Shown here: piece by piece, positions 1 through 9,523 of the stretch
Position numbering within the stretch: the stretch's first letter is position 1
Layout: each line of letters begins with the position of its first letter
Origin: Sashavirus BDX09P1
Sequence record: OZ035775.1
Length of the DNA stretch: 58,371 bases
Reading direction: 5' to 3' (one strand)
Position numbers and translations under genes: made by a program
Notes under the pieces: generated by a model
The model's database searches: none
What the model was told of the DNA's origin: nothing
Seen by the model: the letters and a program-made list of their open reading frames with translations, nothing else

Positions 1-29
1 CTAATTTAAAATTTATGGGAGACAAATTT

Positions 30-665
30 ATGAAAATTTCAGACCGGGCTAAAAGAGCTGCTCTGGAGTTAACAACCGATCAACTCCGCTTTGCTAACCT
101 GTGGTTAGATCGTGTCAATAACGGCTTCAGCAATGCTCAGTGCGTCTTACACGCTTATCCTGGGCATAAAGACCCTGACGCAGCTAAAGTCACCGCACAT
201 CGCCTCCTGTCGAACAGGAAGGTGTTGAACTATCTGGACGCGATGGGAAGTCATGCGCTTGAATCTGTCGGGGAATCGTTAACGAGTCGTGTCGAGTGGT
301 GGAAACGAGCGGCAAGCACGGCTGAAGAATTACTGGAACCGTATTGTCAGCGTGTCATCGTCCCTGGTGAAGACGATACAGAAGCGAAACACCTGTGGGT
401 GAACAGTACCGACGATATCCCCAGCCATCTGCAACAGTACGTAGTTTGCTACAAACGTTACATGCTGGGCGGATACATTCTGGTGACGCGTGAACTGTTC
501 GACCCGAAAACTCGTGCAAAAGCGTCTGAACAACTGGATAAAATCACCGGGAACAGTATCGACCGTGTGGAACTGTCTGGTGTGGTTGGTAACGTGGTTC
601 AGAGTGTTCCTGAAGGTGCAACTATCGACGACATCGCGCAACTGTATCAGAAGGCGTTGAAATAG
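30..665 (+). CDS. terminase small subunit-like DNA-binding protein
   Basis: N-terminal region (LTTDQLRFANLWL...NAQCVLHAYPG...AAKVTAHRLLSNRKVLNYLDA) fits the helix-turn-helix pattern of phage TerS proteins; GGGAGA RBS before ATG at 30; terminator follows. Confidence 0.5.
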   Translation: MKISDRAKRAALELTTDQLRFANLWLDRVNNGFSNAQCVLHAYPGHKDPDAAKVTAHRLLSNRKVLNYLDAMGSHALESVGESLTSRVEWWKRAASTAEELLEPYCQRVIVPGEDDTEAKHLWVNSTDDIPSHLQQYVVCYKRYMLGGYILVTRELFDPKTRAKASEQLDKITGNSIDRVELSGVVGNVVQSVPEGATIDDIAQLYQKALK

Positions 666-756
666 GCGGTTGTTCCGGCTTAAATCGTGCCGGAAACCGT
701 TTGCGTTTTCGATAAACAGGGTTGAGTTGTGCGATGGTACAGGGTATGGTGTTAAA

Positions 757-806
757 GCCCCTTACGGGGCGTTTTAGAAAGCCCAGTTAGTTCCGGGCGA
801 TATTTT
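757..806 (+). terminator. intrinsic terminator(s) after 30-665
   Basis: GCCCC-ttac-GGGGC + GTTTT, then a second hairpin GCCCAG-ttagtt-CCGGGC + T-rich. Confidence 0.55.
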
Positions 807-865
807 ACACAACCACTTCAAAAACTGTTTCACCGTTACCCATCGTGTAGCAGCCATCGTCAGTT

Positions 866-988
866 TTACGAACATTCCAGACCCTTGTGATAAACAACCA
901 TGTCGTCAGTATCCAGATCGACAATTGTTCCGATTTTAAAAACACCTAGTGTCAGGTCTTTAGCGCGTTTGATTACTTTCAGTTCCAT
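866..988 (-). CDS. small hypothetical protein (40 aa)
   Basis: Below track threshold; ATG preceded by GTGAGGAACTGAAAA RBS, nearly identical to the RBS of the 1221-1382 gene. Confidence 0.25.
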   Translation of the reverse strand: MELKVIKRAKDLTLGVFKIGTIVDLDTDDMVVYHKGLECS

Positions 989-1220
989 TTTTCAGTTCCT
1001 CACAGTTCGTTTCAATGAGGTCATTATAGGTTATTTTAAATTTAGAACGAATTTGTAAACAGCTTCTGATAACGTTGAACCCGTGGTAGTTCCATAACAA
1101 CCCTGTCTGGCAACCATCCACAGTCGATCGCCTTTTGTCTGTCTGGCAATCATGTCAATCTGAAACTGTTCAATTAAAAACTCAATGTCCGGTGATAAAC
1201 CGGACATGATTATTAGTTGT

Positions 1221-1382
1221 TTAAGCGAGTTCATAAATTGTTTCGGGATATGTCCAGGTTGCTTTACCGATTACACTCTGGTTTTCATTGTAGAAAACGG
1301 AAATTGGAATATCATTAACTGTGTCCATCACATAATTGTCACCAACTGTTTTGAAAAATTCATCTTTGGTTACTTTAGTCAT
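1221..1382 (-). CDS. small hypothetical protein (53 aa)
   Basis: ATG with GTGAGGAACTGGAAA RBS directly downstream of promoter P1; antisense to track ORF 1185-1415. Confidence 0.3.
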   Translation of the reverse strand: MTKVTKDEFFKTVGDNYVMDTVNDIPISVFYNENQSVIGKATWTYPETIYELA

Positions 1383-1417
1383 TTTCCAGTTCCTCACATT
1401 TTGTTGTCTATGTGAGT

Positions 1418-1460
1418 AATTTACAATTCCTTGTGTAAACCGTCAAGAATTATTTTAAAT
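1418..1460 (-). promoter_or_regulatory. sigma70-like promoter P1 (conserved motif copy)
   Basis: Minus strand reads TTTAAAATAATTC-TTGACG-17 bp-TAAATT; AT-rich UP-like element. Confidence 0.6.
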
Positions 1461-1483
1461 AAAAACCCCGGTTAGTTCCGGGG
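1456..1483 (-). terminator. intrinsic terminator after 1493-1828
   Basis: CCCCGG-ttagtt-CCGGGG hairpin followed on minus strand by a T-run; overlaps UP element of P1. Confidence 0.55.
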
Positions 1484-1492
1484 TAATGTTCA

Positions 1493-1828
1493 TTATTCGC
1501 CCAACGCTTCTTTCAGTAACCGATACGTTTCAGGACATTTATCGGATCCGCGTTCACGTTCATAAGCTGCGCTAATAACATCCCAGTTTTCAATCACGCC
1601 TTTAAACGCCGGACACTTTTCAGCAATCAATGGAAAACTGTTTCTGATTTCCGGTACAGCTTCAACCAGGAACCAGCAACGGCGAAAATCGGAAACGTCA
1701 AGGGGTGCTCTAAACTCCCAGTCGTAACCCATTTCATTACCCGTGTGAATACAGACCATCGTTTTAGAACTTAGTCCGGTTTCACCAGAACATAACCACT
1801 GAATAATACGTTCCTGTTCTGTTTTCAT
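1493..1828 (-). CDS. hypothetical protein
   Basis: Track ORF, 111 aa, sits between terminator and next gene. Confidence 0.45.
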   Translation of the reverse strand: MKTEQERIIQWLCSGETGLSSKTMVCIHTGNEMGYDWEFRAPLDVSDFRRCWFLVEAVPEIRNSFPLIAEKCPAFKGVIENWDVISAAYERERGSDKCPETYRLLKEALGE

Positions 1829-1988
1829 TTCGTATCACCTATCATGAGCAAACAATCTGGTGTGTTAATCCAGAAACGATCACCAACATCCGGGGAAGCA
1901 TCCCAGGGCATCTTTTCAGTTACTTCCAGTTCAAGATCACCACGGGTATTTTCAGCGATAATTTTTACAGGTACACCGTCATAGGTAC

Positions 1989-2903
1989 TCATCGTTTTGC
2001 CTCCCCGCCGAGTGCCACCACAAGTTGTTTAATCAGCGCCTGAAGTTCACCTGTCATTAGTACAAAATCAGCGTCAAATCGTGCCAGAACATCTTCAAGG
2101 TCAATATCGTCATTCTGTCCGATCAGTCCATCACAGAACTTCACACGGTTTAATGTCATGCTGTCAGTTAGCGTAAACGTTACCCGCTGCTGCCAGTCCA
2201 GAGCCAGCTTTGTAACGACTTTCCCGGCTTCAATATGCGTGGCTATTTCGTCACTGGTTAAATCCTGTTTTTTAACGCGTGCAACACCGCCATCAGTCAG
2301 GATTGCTTTCAGTTCAGCAGAATCACCCATTGTGAAACCTGTTGGCGCGTTTCCTGAACGTACCCACTCCGTTGTTGTCAGTTCAACAGGGTTTTCAGTT
2401 GTCAGTGGGACTACAGGCAGACTACCCAGACTTTTACGCAGCAGTGCTAATGCATCTTCAGCCCGTTTAGCACTGGACGCATCAACCACGATTAACCCGT
2501 TAGTGATATCAATCCACAACTGTGTACGACTGTTTTTAACGAATGCTCGTGGTAACAGACTGTGCAATACTTCATCTTTCAGGCTGTCTTTCTCTGTTTT
2601 CTTCAGTTTACGCGCCTGTTCAGCTTCCAGTTTGGCGATTCGCGCGTTCAAATGCTGTTTAATGACCGGACCCGGAATAATCTTTTCCTGTTTCTGGATG
2701 GTCAGCAGATATTGCCCGTTAGCCTGGTGAACCAGCGTCTGATGTTGTTCAGTTGCCGGAACCCAACCAGTACGCACCATATCCTGTGAACCGCACGGAT
2801 TGAATTGAAACGCACACAGGCTGTCTTCCAGTGTTGGCAACTGGGCCATTAATGCCATAGGATTAGTCAGACGATAAATAATTGCGTTTTTAAAGAAGTT
2901 CAT
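1989..2903 (-). CDS. rdgC: recombination-associated protein RdgC homologue
   Basis: 304 aa; N-terminus [12 protein letters not shown] and overall length match my recollection of enterobacterial RdgC (MLWFKNLMVYRL...); from memory, not searched. Confidence 0.75.
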   Translation of the reverse strand: MNFFKNAIIYRLTNPMALMAQLPTLEDSLCAFQFNPCGSQDMVRTGWVPATEQHQTLVHQANGQYLLTIQKQEKIIPGPVIKQHLNARIAKLEAEQARKLKKTEKDSLKDEVLHSLLPRAFVKNSRTQLWIDITNGLIVVDASSAKRAEDALALLRKSLGSLPVVPLTTENPVELTTTEWVRSGNAPTGFTMGDSAELKAILTDGGVARVKKQDLTSDEIATHIEAGKVVTKLALDWQQRVTFTLTDSMTLNRVKFCDGLIGQNDDIDLEDVLARFDADFVLMTGELQALIKQLVVALGGEAKR

Positions 2904-3097
2904 AGTTCAATGTCCTGTGGTTTGATAGTAACTTTTCCGTCAAGAACAACAGTGTTTACACCACTTAGTTTTTGTTCTTCGTATAAATCAAGTTCAACAT
3001 TAATTCCGACGATTGAGGCTTCGTGTATCGCACAGTTTAACTGTTTAATGAGGTCTGAAATTCTACGCTGATAATCTTGTGCTTCTGATAGTTTCAT
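2900..3097 (-). CDS. hypothetical protein
   Basis: Track ORF, 4-bp start/stop overlap with neighbours (operon packing). Confidence 0.4.
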   Translation of the reverse strand: MKLSEAQDYQRRISDLIKQLNCAIHEASIVGINVELDLYEEQKLSGVNTVVLDGKVTIKPQDIEL

Positions 3098-3291
3098 ACA
3101 CCACCTTCATTTTTAACATATTCAGCAACTAAATCTTTGACTTCTACAATTTTAACATCACCATTATGATCAACCTCAATATGACAGTGACCATAACGCG
3201 CCGCTGTTAACCTGGCGTCGTTCAGTATTTTTAAATCTTTCAATACTTGTTCAATTGCTTGTTGTTTAATCACAGATTCGTGTACAGTCAT
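3094..3291 (-). CDS. hypothetical protein
   Basis: Track ORF in tightly packed minus operon. Confidence 0.4.
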   Translation of the reverse strand: MTVHESVIKQQAIEQVLKDLKILNDARLTAARYGHCHIEVDHNGDVKIVEVKDLVAEYVKNEGGV

Positions 3292-3521
3292 TTCCGTCTC
3301 CTTCTTTTCTTCGCCTCGCGTCGGGCTTTTGCAACACCTGTTTTACGATGTGGTTGTTTACGATCAGTAATAATTCCTTGTGGTGGAACACCCCATAAAG
3401 TATTGTTCAGACCATAATCATCTACCGAATAATACAAACCGTTAGCGGTGATAATTACATTTGGGTCGTACCCAGTAATTTTCCGAAAACAGTTGATAAT
3501 TGTTGTTTTTGTACTAATCAT
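3288..3521 (-). CDS. hypothetical protein with poly-basic C-terminus
   Basis: Track ORF; C-terminal KARREAKKRRRRK. Confidence 0.4.
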   Translation of the reverse strand: MISTKTTIINCFRKITGYDPNVIITANGLYYSVDDYGLNNTLWGVPPQGIITDRKQPHRKTGVAKARREAKKRRRRK

Positions 3522-3783
3522 ACGTTCACCACTTTTAAATCAGGTGTCAGGCTACGATGGTCATGATGACCGTTCATAGTAAATGAGAAAGTGTAATCGC
3601 ATTGCTCACCGTCGAACGTGAAGGGGATTTGAAACCCTGTATCGTCAGTGATGCGAACTTTAACCGGGTATTCAGCTTGCGGATCGACTGCTACAACAGT
3701 GCCGAACGGTTGAGATTTGCGACGTGCGAGAATTTCTAACAGTCGTGGACTGGTGATTTCCACGTGTTGACCAGTTTTAAACA
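3518..3783 (-). CDS. hypothetical protein
   Basis: Start moved to ATG (MFKTGQ...) with GGAG RBS, downstream of P2. Confidence 0.4.
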
Positions 3784-3816
3784 TGGTGATAACTCCAGTT
3801 GTTTTACACAAACTGA

Positions 3817-3858
3817 AGTCTATCTGATAATGTGTAAACCGTCAAGAATTATTTTAAA
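3817..3858 (-). promoter_or_regulatory. sigma70-like promoter P2 (conserved motif copy)
   Basis: Minus strand TTTAAAATAATTC-TTGACG-17-TAGACT. Confidence 0.6.
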
Positions 3859-4026
3859 CTGTCCGTCACTATCTGCGGCGTAACAAATACCGTGACTGTA
3901 GATTGTCGCAGTTCGTGTAATGCGTTGATAGTCTGAACATTGGTTACGAATACGCAGGTCGTAACCGGACTGTATGATCAGCAAGGTTGCAATGATGGCG
4001 AGTAACTTTAAAACGTATCTGAACAT
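3820..4026 (-). CDS. hypothetical membrane/secreted protein
   Basis: Hydrophobic N-terminus MFRYVLKLLAIIATLLII. Confidence 0.35.
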   Translation of the reverse strand: MFRYVLKLLAIIATLLIIQSGYDLRIRNQCSDYQRITRTATIYSHGICYAADSDGQFKIILDGLHIIR

Positions 4027-4087
4027 GTTCCACACTCCTGTTTGATAGTTTCAGGGTAGTGTGGAACTGGTGAAGATGGTATAGGAT

Positions 4088-4486
4088 TTACGATAATTTA
4101 ACAGTTAATCCGGCGTTGGTCAGGACGTTACACACGTCGCGAACACCAGCATTATATCCGTCTATAAGTGTTGCAGGTGAGTTAATACAGATACCAACAT
4201 GTTTCGGTAATTCAATTACCAACTGTTCCCGGCTGGCTTTCCACATGTCCCACGCGCGATTCAAACGATCGCCTTCTTCCACGGTGTACTCGTCATCTTT
4301 CCTTAATTTTTCTAAGACGTTTTTTGGTGTTCCGTATTTGTCTGAATAACACGCTTCAAACTGTTCACGACTCTTATCCACTTTTTCAACCCTCCAGCCG
4401 TATTTAGCATGACTCATAGCGGTCCGTTCATCATTCGTGGTGAACATTACGCGTCCGGATTTATGACAAATATTCCAAGTCGTCAT
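4088..4486 (-). CDS. hypothetical protein
   Basis: Track ORF, 132 aa. Confidence 0.45.
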   Translation of the reverse strand: MTTWNICHKSGRVMFTTNDERTAMSHAKYGWRVEKVDKSREQFEACYSDKYGTPKNVLEKLRKDDEYTVEEGDRLNRAWDMWKASREQLVIELPKHVGICINSPATLIDGYNAGVRDVCNVLTNAGLTVKLS

Positions 4487-4538
4487 TTCGTTAATACACC
4501 AATAATGAAAATTAGCATGTAGAATAAAACATTACGGG

Positions 4539-4697
4539 TCATAATTCATAAACCTTAAAACTACCGCCTGAATAGCGATGTTTACCACACAACTTACAAC
4601 GGTGTTCCTGATTGGCATAATTACGTTCATCCCCGTGGATAGTACGATATAAATACCATTCGTGTTTGCAGAATAATCGTTTGAGAAACATCTTCAT
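4539..4697 (-). CDS. small Cys/His-containing protein (52 aa)
   Basis: Below threshold ORF MKMFLKRLFCKHEW...HRCKLCGKH; C-x-H...C-x2-C spacing resembles a zinc ribbon. Confidence 0.3.
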   Translation of the reverse strand: MKMFLKRLFCKHEWYLYRTIHGDERNYANQEHRCKLCGKHRYSGGSFKVYEL

Positions 4698-4704
4698 AGT
4701 TCTA

Positions 4705-5022
4705 TCACCTTTTTAACGCATCACGACAATCACACAATAGACGAACATATGTTAATTTACGTTCATCTAACAACGCCGCCATGTTGTTGGCCTCATTTGC
4801 GAGGAATTCTAGCGCGTCTTTTTCAGAACAAAAACAGTGATAAGAGTTTTTGAGTAATACACGACCTTTATCGCTGTAACGACATTTAACACGCCAACCT
4901 TTTGGTGTTTTATTTATAATCTCATAGTGTTCAATATAATGATGGACATCAAGAGCTTTATATTTATCACTACAAGTAGGTTTGCGGATAAACCACATGT
5001 TTTGATTATCAGATACATTCAT
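4705..5022 (-). CDS. hypothetical Cys-rich protein
   Basis: Track ORF with start moved to MNVSDNQ...; several Cys/His. Confidence 0.4.
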   Translation of the reverse strand: MNVSDNQNMWFIRKPTCSDKYKALDVHHYIEHYEIINKTPKGWRVKCRYSDKGRVLLKNSYHCFCSEKDALEFLANEANNMAALLDERKLTYVRLLCDCRDALKR

Positions 5023-5225
5023 TATTTGACTCCATGACCTGGTGCAAAACAAACTGTATTGTTTTCTTTGAAAACCCAACCAGCTTTTTTAGCCTGTTTC
5101 AGACAATCACGAAAGTTTTTACCACCGAACGAAGTAACATCAGTTGCGAAAAATGGACCTTTAGGTTTTTTACATACGGCGCAATCACAGTAAAGGTCCA
5201 TTGAATAACCACTAACAACCATCAA
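5022..5225 (-). CDS. hypothetical Cys-rich protein
   Basis: Track ORF, CDCAVC...C pattern. Confidence 0.4.
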   Translation of the reverse strand: MMVVSGYSMDLYCDCAVCKKPKGPFFATDVTSFGGKNFRDCLKQAKKAGWVFKENNTVCFAPGHGVK

Positions 5226-5611
5226 TAACCCCTTTTAATCTTCCCCAATGCTTGTTGCACAATCTGCCAGGACGATAACATGAATAATTGCGCGTATTGC
5301 CCCGTGGTCTGGTGATGAAATACTCACATGATTTTCAACCCACCCTTCATCTTTGAACCACGGTAATTGTGAACATTTCATACTCATGATCCTCTTGTTT
5401 TTTGTTTAGTGACAAGATATCTCTTCAACCCGTCGCAACTAATTTCACAATCCCCGCAGGAACCACCATCCAACCAGATGATGCATAGTGTGTGATTTCG
5501 TGGGGTGAGTTACGCTTTACACTCACCGTAGCGCCTGACAATCAGCGGTATTTTCGGCCGGACAATTCCGGGTTACTACATACTTGGTCAGGTATCTTGT
5601 CTATGACAACA

Positions 5612-5653
5612 ACTATACAGATACATAAGCAATCTGTCAAGAATTATTTTAAA
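5612..5653 (-). promoter_or_regulatory. sigma70-like promoter P3 (conserved motif copy)
   Basis: Minus strand TTTAAAATAATTC-TTGACA-17-TATAGT; lies inside the track's 5' extension of the terminase ORF. Confidence 0.65.
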
Positions 5654-5716
5654 CATCTGTCACAACCAATCACCCGTGGTAAACTGTACAGAACAGTTAC
5701 AAACGGGCCGATAACC

Positions 5717-7480
5717 ATGAATAAGTTTACTGGAAATATTCATAATTACCCGCGCTGGCGTGATGCCTACGCAAATGACGAACGTATCTGGCGAAAAGGT
5801 CAGCCACGACCGGATTACAAACAGTGTTACATTGACCGTATTAACCTGTTAAACCGTATGCGCACGGATCGGGCAATTGTCCCGGTACTGAAAAAATATT
5901 ACGAAACAAACCCGGTAGCATTCATTCTCGACTGGGCGTTTACTTATGATCCGCGTAACGTCGGTACTGAATACCCACCAAATATGCCTTTCTGCCTTTT
6001 CGAACGTCAGATCGACATGGTTCAGTTTGTTTATGAAGCGCTTGAAGACAAAGAAAAAGGGCTTTGGGAAAAATCGCGAGATTATGGTGCGACCTGGGTA
6101 GCCTGTGGTTTGTCCGTGTGGGCGTGGCTGTATCGTCCTGGTTCGTCAGTTGGCTGGGGATCACGTAAAGAGCAGCTTGTTGATAAATTGGGCGACCCGG
6201 ATAGTATTTTTGAAAAGATTCGCCAGATTATCCGCGCATTACCGCCGGAATTACGTCCTGTTGGCCTGCGTGAAAAAGACCATCTGGTTTACATGAAATG
6301 CATCAACCCAGAAAACGGTGCAACAATTACTGGTGAAGCTGGCAATAACATCGGTCGTGGTGGTCGTAAATCTGTCTATTTTCTCGACGAGGCAGCACAC
6401 GTAGATCGTCCTGAACTGATCGAAGCGTCGTTGTCAGCTAACACCAACGTTCGTATCGACATCAGTTCAGTTAACGGTGTTGGTAACGTTTTTTATCGTA
6501 ATCGTAAAGCTGGTCTGGAATGGGAACCGGGTAAGAAATTACCTCGTGGTAAATTGCGTGTCATGGTTCTGGACTGGCGTGATCACCCGGCTAAAGACGA
6601 CGAATGGTATAAACGAGAAAAACAATCGTTTGCTGAAAAAGGTTTACAGCATATTTTCGCACAGGAAGTTGACCGCGATTATGCCGCTGCTGTTCAGGGC
6701 GTGTTGATTAAAGCTGAATGGGTACGCGCTGCTTTTGACGCTTTCCGTGACACAGAATGGCGCAAAGCTAACGGACTACTTACACCAACAGGTCAACGTA
6801 TCGCCGGACAGGATGCCGCAGACGGTGGTGAAGACGCAAGCGCACTGGTAATTGCTCACGGTGTATTCCTGACACATTTGCAGCTTGACCACAGAGGCGC
6901 TGAACTGGCTGCACCAGGGATGTTGACGATGGCTAATATGCTGGGTGTTGATGAATACTGGTACGAAGTTAACGGTGTTGGTACAGGTGTTAAAGTAGCG
7001 GCAAATGACCGGAAAGATACTCTACGCTTCCGTGTGCGCCCGTGGTTACCGAATGGAAAAGTTGTGGATCCGGGCGGTGATATTATCGGTGGTACGAAAC
7101 CTGGTGACAAAGACCGTAAATCAAACAAAGATTATTTCTCAAATTATAAAGCACAGGCATCGTGGGCGTTACGCCTGCGTTGTCAGCGAATTTATAAATG
7201 GTATGTGGAAGGTCAACCACAGGATCCAGACGAAATCATTCTGATTGATCCATCACTGGAAAATGCACAACGGTTAGAAGCTGAGTTAAGCCAGCCAACG
7301 TATACAAGTAACGGTGCCGGGAAGATTGTGATCGACAAGAAACCAAACGGAAGTAAGTCACCAAACTTTTTCGATGCTGCGGTTATTGCACTATCACCAA
7401 AACGTACCGAATTCGTTGAAGAACCGTTTACTGGTGGTGTGAATCCTGTTGGTACGCCTGATTACGGTGACATTTTTTAA
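5717..7480 (+). CDS. terminase large subunit
   Basis: Walker A-like KSRDYGATW, Walker B-like VYFLDEAAHV, C-terminal nuclease-sized domain; start set at ATG 5717 because the upstream in-frame part is occupied by promoter P3. Confidence 0.85.
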   Translation: MNKFTGNIHNYPRWRDAYANDERIWRKGQPRPDYKQCYIDRINLLNRMRTDRAIVPVLKKYYETNPVAFILDWAFTYDPRNVGTEYPPNMPFCLFERQIDMVQFVYEALEDKEKGLWEKSRDYGATWVACGLSVWAWLYRPGSSVGWGSRKEQLVDKLGDPDSIFEKIRQIIRALPPELRPVGLREKDHLVYMKCINPENGATITGEAGNNIGRGGRKSVYFLDEAAHVDRPELIEASLSANTNVRIDISSVNGVGNVFYRNRKAGLEWEPGKKLPRGKLRVMVLDWRDHPAKDDEWYKREKQSFAEKGLQHIFAQEVDRDYAAAVQGVLIKAEWVRAAFDAFRDTEWRKANGLLTPTGQRIAGQDAADGGEDASALVIAHGVFLTHLQLDHRGAELAAPGMLTMANMLGVDEYWYEVNGVGTGVKVAANDRKDTLRFRVRPWLPNGKVVDPGGDIIGGTKPGDKDRKSNKDYFSNYKAQASWALRLRCQRIYKWYVEGQPQDPDEIILIDPSLENAQRLEAELSQPTYTSNGAGKIVIDKKPNGSKSPNFFDAAVIALSPKRTEFVEEPFTGGVNPVGTPDYGDIF

Positions 7481-7521
7481 ACAGTGTGGCGGGATTATTC
7501 CCGTCATTTTCTTTTTAATTC

Positions 7522-7553
7522 TTGACAAATTACATTATAAATGTTTGTAAATT
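7522..7553 (+). promoter_or_regulatory. promoter-like variant of conserved motif
   Basis: TTAATTC-TTGACA-AATTAC resembles motif core without full UP element; -10 uncertain (TAAATT about 20 bp downstream). Confidence 0.35.
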
Positions 7554-7640
7554 ATCTGTTAGATTAATGTAACACGTCTATACTCCTGCAGGTAACCAAT
7601 CGGTTACAGTTAATTAACATTCTCTCACAGGAGTTTCAAC

Positions 7641-8339
7641 ATGTCTGACATGACTTTAGTTCCCACTGGCGGTTTCGGCGGTGAAGCTGGCGCGGCTGCA
7701 CTTGGTGGTGGTATCGGCGGTCTTATCGGTTCCTGGTTCGGTAACGGCTGGGGTGGTGCCGGTGGTTGGGGTGGTCGTGGTATTGGTGCTGCTGAAGGTG
7801 TTGTTGTTCAGAACTCTCTGGATACTAACGCTATTCTTCAGGCTATTAATGCGGCGTCACTGGCTAACATTCAGGGTCAGAATAGTACTAACCTGACTGT
7901 TGAACGCTCAGCAGCTTCTACCTATAACGGTCTAACCCAACAAAACACACAAAACCTGCTGGCAAACGTTCAAGGTTTTGCAGGTCTGAACACTCAGATT
8001 CAACAGGGCACTAACACTGTGACCAATGCGATCTGTGCGTCTGAAACTGCGGCACTGACTCGTTCTTTCCAGGCACAGTTAGCGGCTGAGAAGTGTTGCT
8101 GCGAAACCAACCTGAATATCGAACGTCAGGCAGAAGCAACTCGTGCACTGATCCGTGATCAGTTCGCACAGTCTCAGGCTGTTCTGATTTGTGACCTGAA
8201 ATCTCAGATTCAAACCCGTGACTTCCAGTTGTCTCAATTGTCACAAACGTCTCAGTTGGCGTGCAAAATTAACCAGGTCGATCAGCTTATTAACTTCAAG
8301 CTGCCTACTCCGCAAACTCCACCGACTGGCTGCTGCTAA
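7641..8339 (+). CDS. glycine-zipper / Q-N-T-rich protein of unknown function
   Basis: N-terminal 45 aa almost only G/A/W (GGFGGEAGAAALGGGIGGLIGSWFGNGWGGAGGWGG), then Q/N/T-rich region with Cys pairs and C-terminal GCC; good RBS GGAG. Confidence 0.6.
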   Translation: MSDMTLVPTGGFGGEAGAAALGGGIGGLIGSWFGNGWGGAGGWGGRGIGAAEGVVVQNSLDTNAILQAINAASLANIQGQNSTNLTVERSAASTYNGLTQQNTQNLLANVQGFAGLNTQIQQGTNTVTNAICASETAALTRSFQAQLAAEKCCCETNLNIERQAEATRALIRDQFAQSQAVLICDLKSQIQTRDFQLSQLSQTSQLACKINQVDQLINFKLPTPQTPPTGCC

Positions 8340-8351
8340 TTGGTCAACTAA

Positions 8352-8373
8352 GCGCCTCTGTACGGGGCGCTTT
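8352..8373 (+). terminator. putative hairpin/attenuator
   Basis: GCGCCTC-tgtac-GGGGCGC followed by TTT. Confidence 0.4.
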
Positions 8374-8389
8374 AACAGGAGATAAGAGT

Positions 8390-8749
8390 ATGCATTACAA
8401 ACCGTATTACGTTATCAAAAAAGACGATGATGACGATGAAGAGGAAGATATAGAAATTCATCACCATCATCATTATCACCACGGGCATCACCCGGACACG
8501 ATGGGAGTATTTCATCATGATAGCTATGCTGGCGAACATGGTTCAGTTATGGCCCATGTTAAAGCACGTATGGATAACCCTCCTTCGACTTGGGCGTCGT
8601 ACCACGATAAGCCCGGCGGGATGATGTCCATTGTTGAAATGGAATATCGCGAACTGATGGAAGAAAAAACCGAAGGTTCGACGTCTGGTATTAAAAAAGA
8701 GCTAACGGATCTGGCTGCAGCCTGTATCCATGCACTTAAAAAGATGTAA
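8390..8749 (+). CDS. His-rich acidic protein
   Basis: DDDDDEEED followed by HHHHHYHHGHH; RBS GGAGA. Confidence 0.5.
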   Translation: MHYKPYYVIKKDDDDDEEEDIEIHHHHHYHHGHHPDTMGVFHHDSYAGEHGSVMAHVKARMDNPPSTWASYHDKPGGMMSIVEMEYRELMEEKTEGSTSGIKKELTDLAAACIHALKKM

Positions 8750-8765
8750 CTAACAGGAAACCGAC

Positions 8766-9269
8766 ATGCAGAATATTAACGCAGGTATGGGTGTCACCCA
8801 GTTTAACGGTATGAAACCGCGAAGCACTATTAACATTGGTGGTGTGGAGTGGTCATTACGTCGGGATGCCACTGACTCAACAACAATGTTTCCTCACCCG
8901 AAGGTAAGCTGGCTTAACGCTGGTTGTGAACCGATGGGTGATGGTCGTTTTCATTACTGTTGGATTTTGGGTGTAATTCCCCCGACACCGGGGACAATCG
9001 AACGACCTGTTAATGTGATGTATGTTGGTTTCCATCAATTTAAAATTAATATCGCACCTAATTCAATTAGTCAGGCTGATTTAGACAGGATGCATGTTTA
9101 TGTCAGCGATACTTCTCATTTTGCTGGTGAATTTGTCAGTAAGTTTTTAGGTACAGAACCTGAACCTGTGGAAACCCGTGAAAATATCAGCCCGTGGCCC
9201 CCGATGAATGATCCTCGTGAGCAACCAAAAGTAGCCAAAAATAAGGTAAACGAAGATGACGAAGAATGA
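8766..9269 (+). CDS. hypothetical protein
   Basis: Track ORF 167 aa; acidic C-terminus. Confidence 0.45.
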   Translation: MQNINAGMGVTQFNGMKPRSTINIGGVEWSLRRDATDSTTMFPHPKVSWLNAGCEPMGDGRFHYCWILGVIPPTPGTIERPVNVMYVGFHQFKINIAPNSISQADLDRMHVYVSDTSHFAGEFVSKFLGTEPEPVETRENISPWPPMNDPREQPKVAKNKVNEDDEE

Positions 9270-9510
9270 AGGGGTAGACAAAGTAGTCGAAAGTCTGGGG
9301 TTACGCGCACACGTAATCGTAGACGAAGGTCACAGTCAAGAAGCGATCATGAAGTCGGCATTTAACGATTTTAAAGCGTTGGGTTCAATGAGTGGGATCA
9401 TGGCAGTGATGACTACCGGGAAATTGAGCCAGCAACAGTTAGATCTGGCGCAACGTATCGCTGTGAAAGTAATTGCAGTTTTAGGTCTTAAAGAGTCAGA
9501 AAAAGCGTAA
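9256..9510 (+). CDS. hypothetical protein
   Basis: Track ORF 84 aa, overlaps upstream gene by 14 bp. Confidence 0.4.
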   Translation: MTKNEGVDKVVESLGLRAHVIVDEGHSQEAIMKSAFNDFKALGSMSGIMAVMTTGKLSQQQLDLAQRIAVKVIAVLGLKESEKA

Positions 9511-9523
9511 AAAGGGGGTTACT

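Noticed and set aside
2158-2789. Plus-strand ORFs antisense to rdgC
   Set aside because: Embedded opposite a confidently assigned gene; Ser/Cys-rich low-complexity translations typical of antisense frames. The same reasoning was applied to 330-641, 26632-27441, 30087-30636, 48042-48470 and similar embedded ORFs.
5492-5716. Upstream in-frame extension of the terminase large-subunit ORF (track start 5492)
   Set aside because: The extension is occupied by conserved promoter P3 and hairpins; the ATG at 5717 gives a sensible TerL N-terminus.
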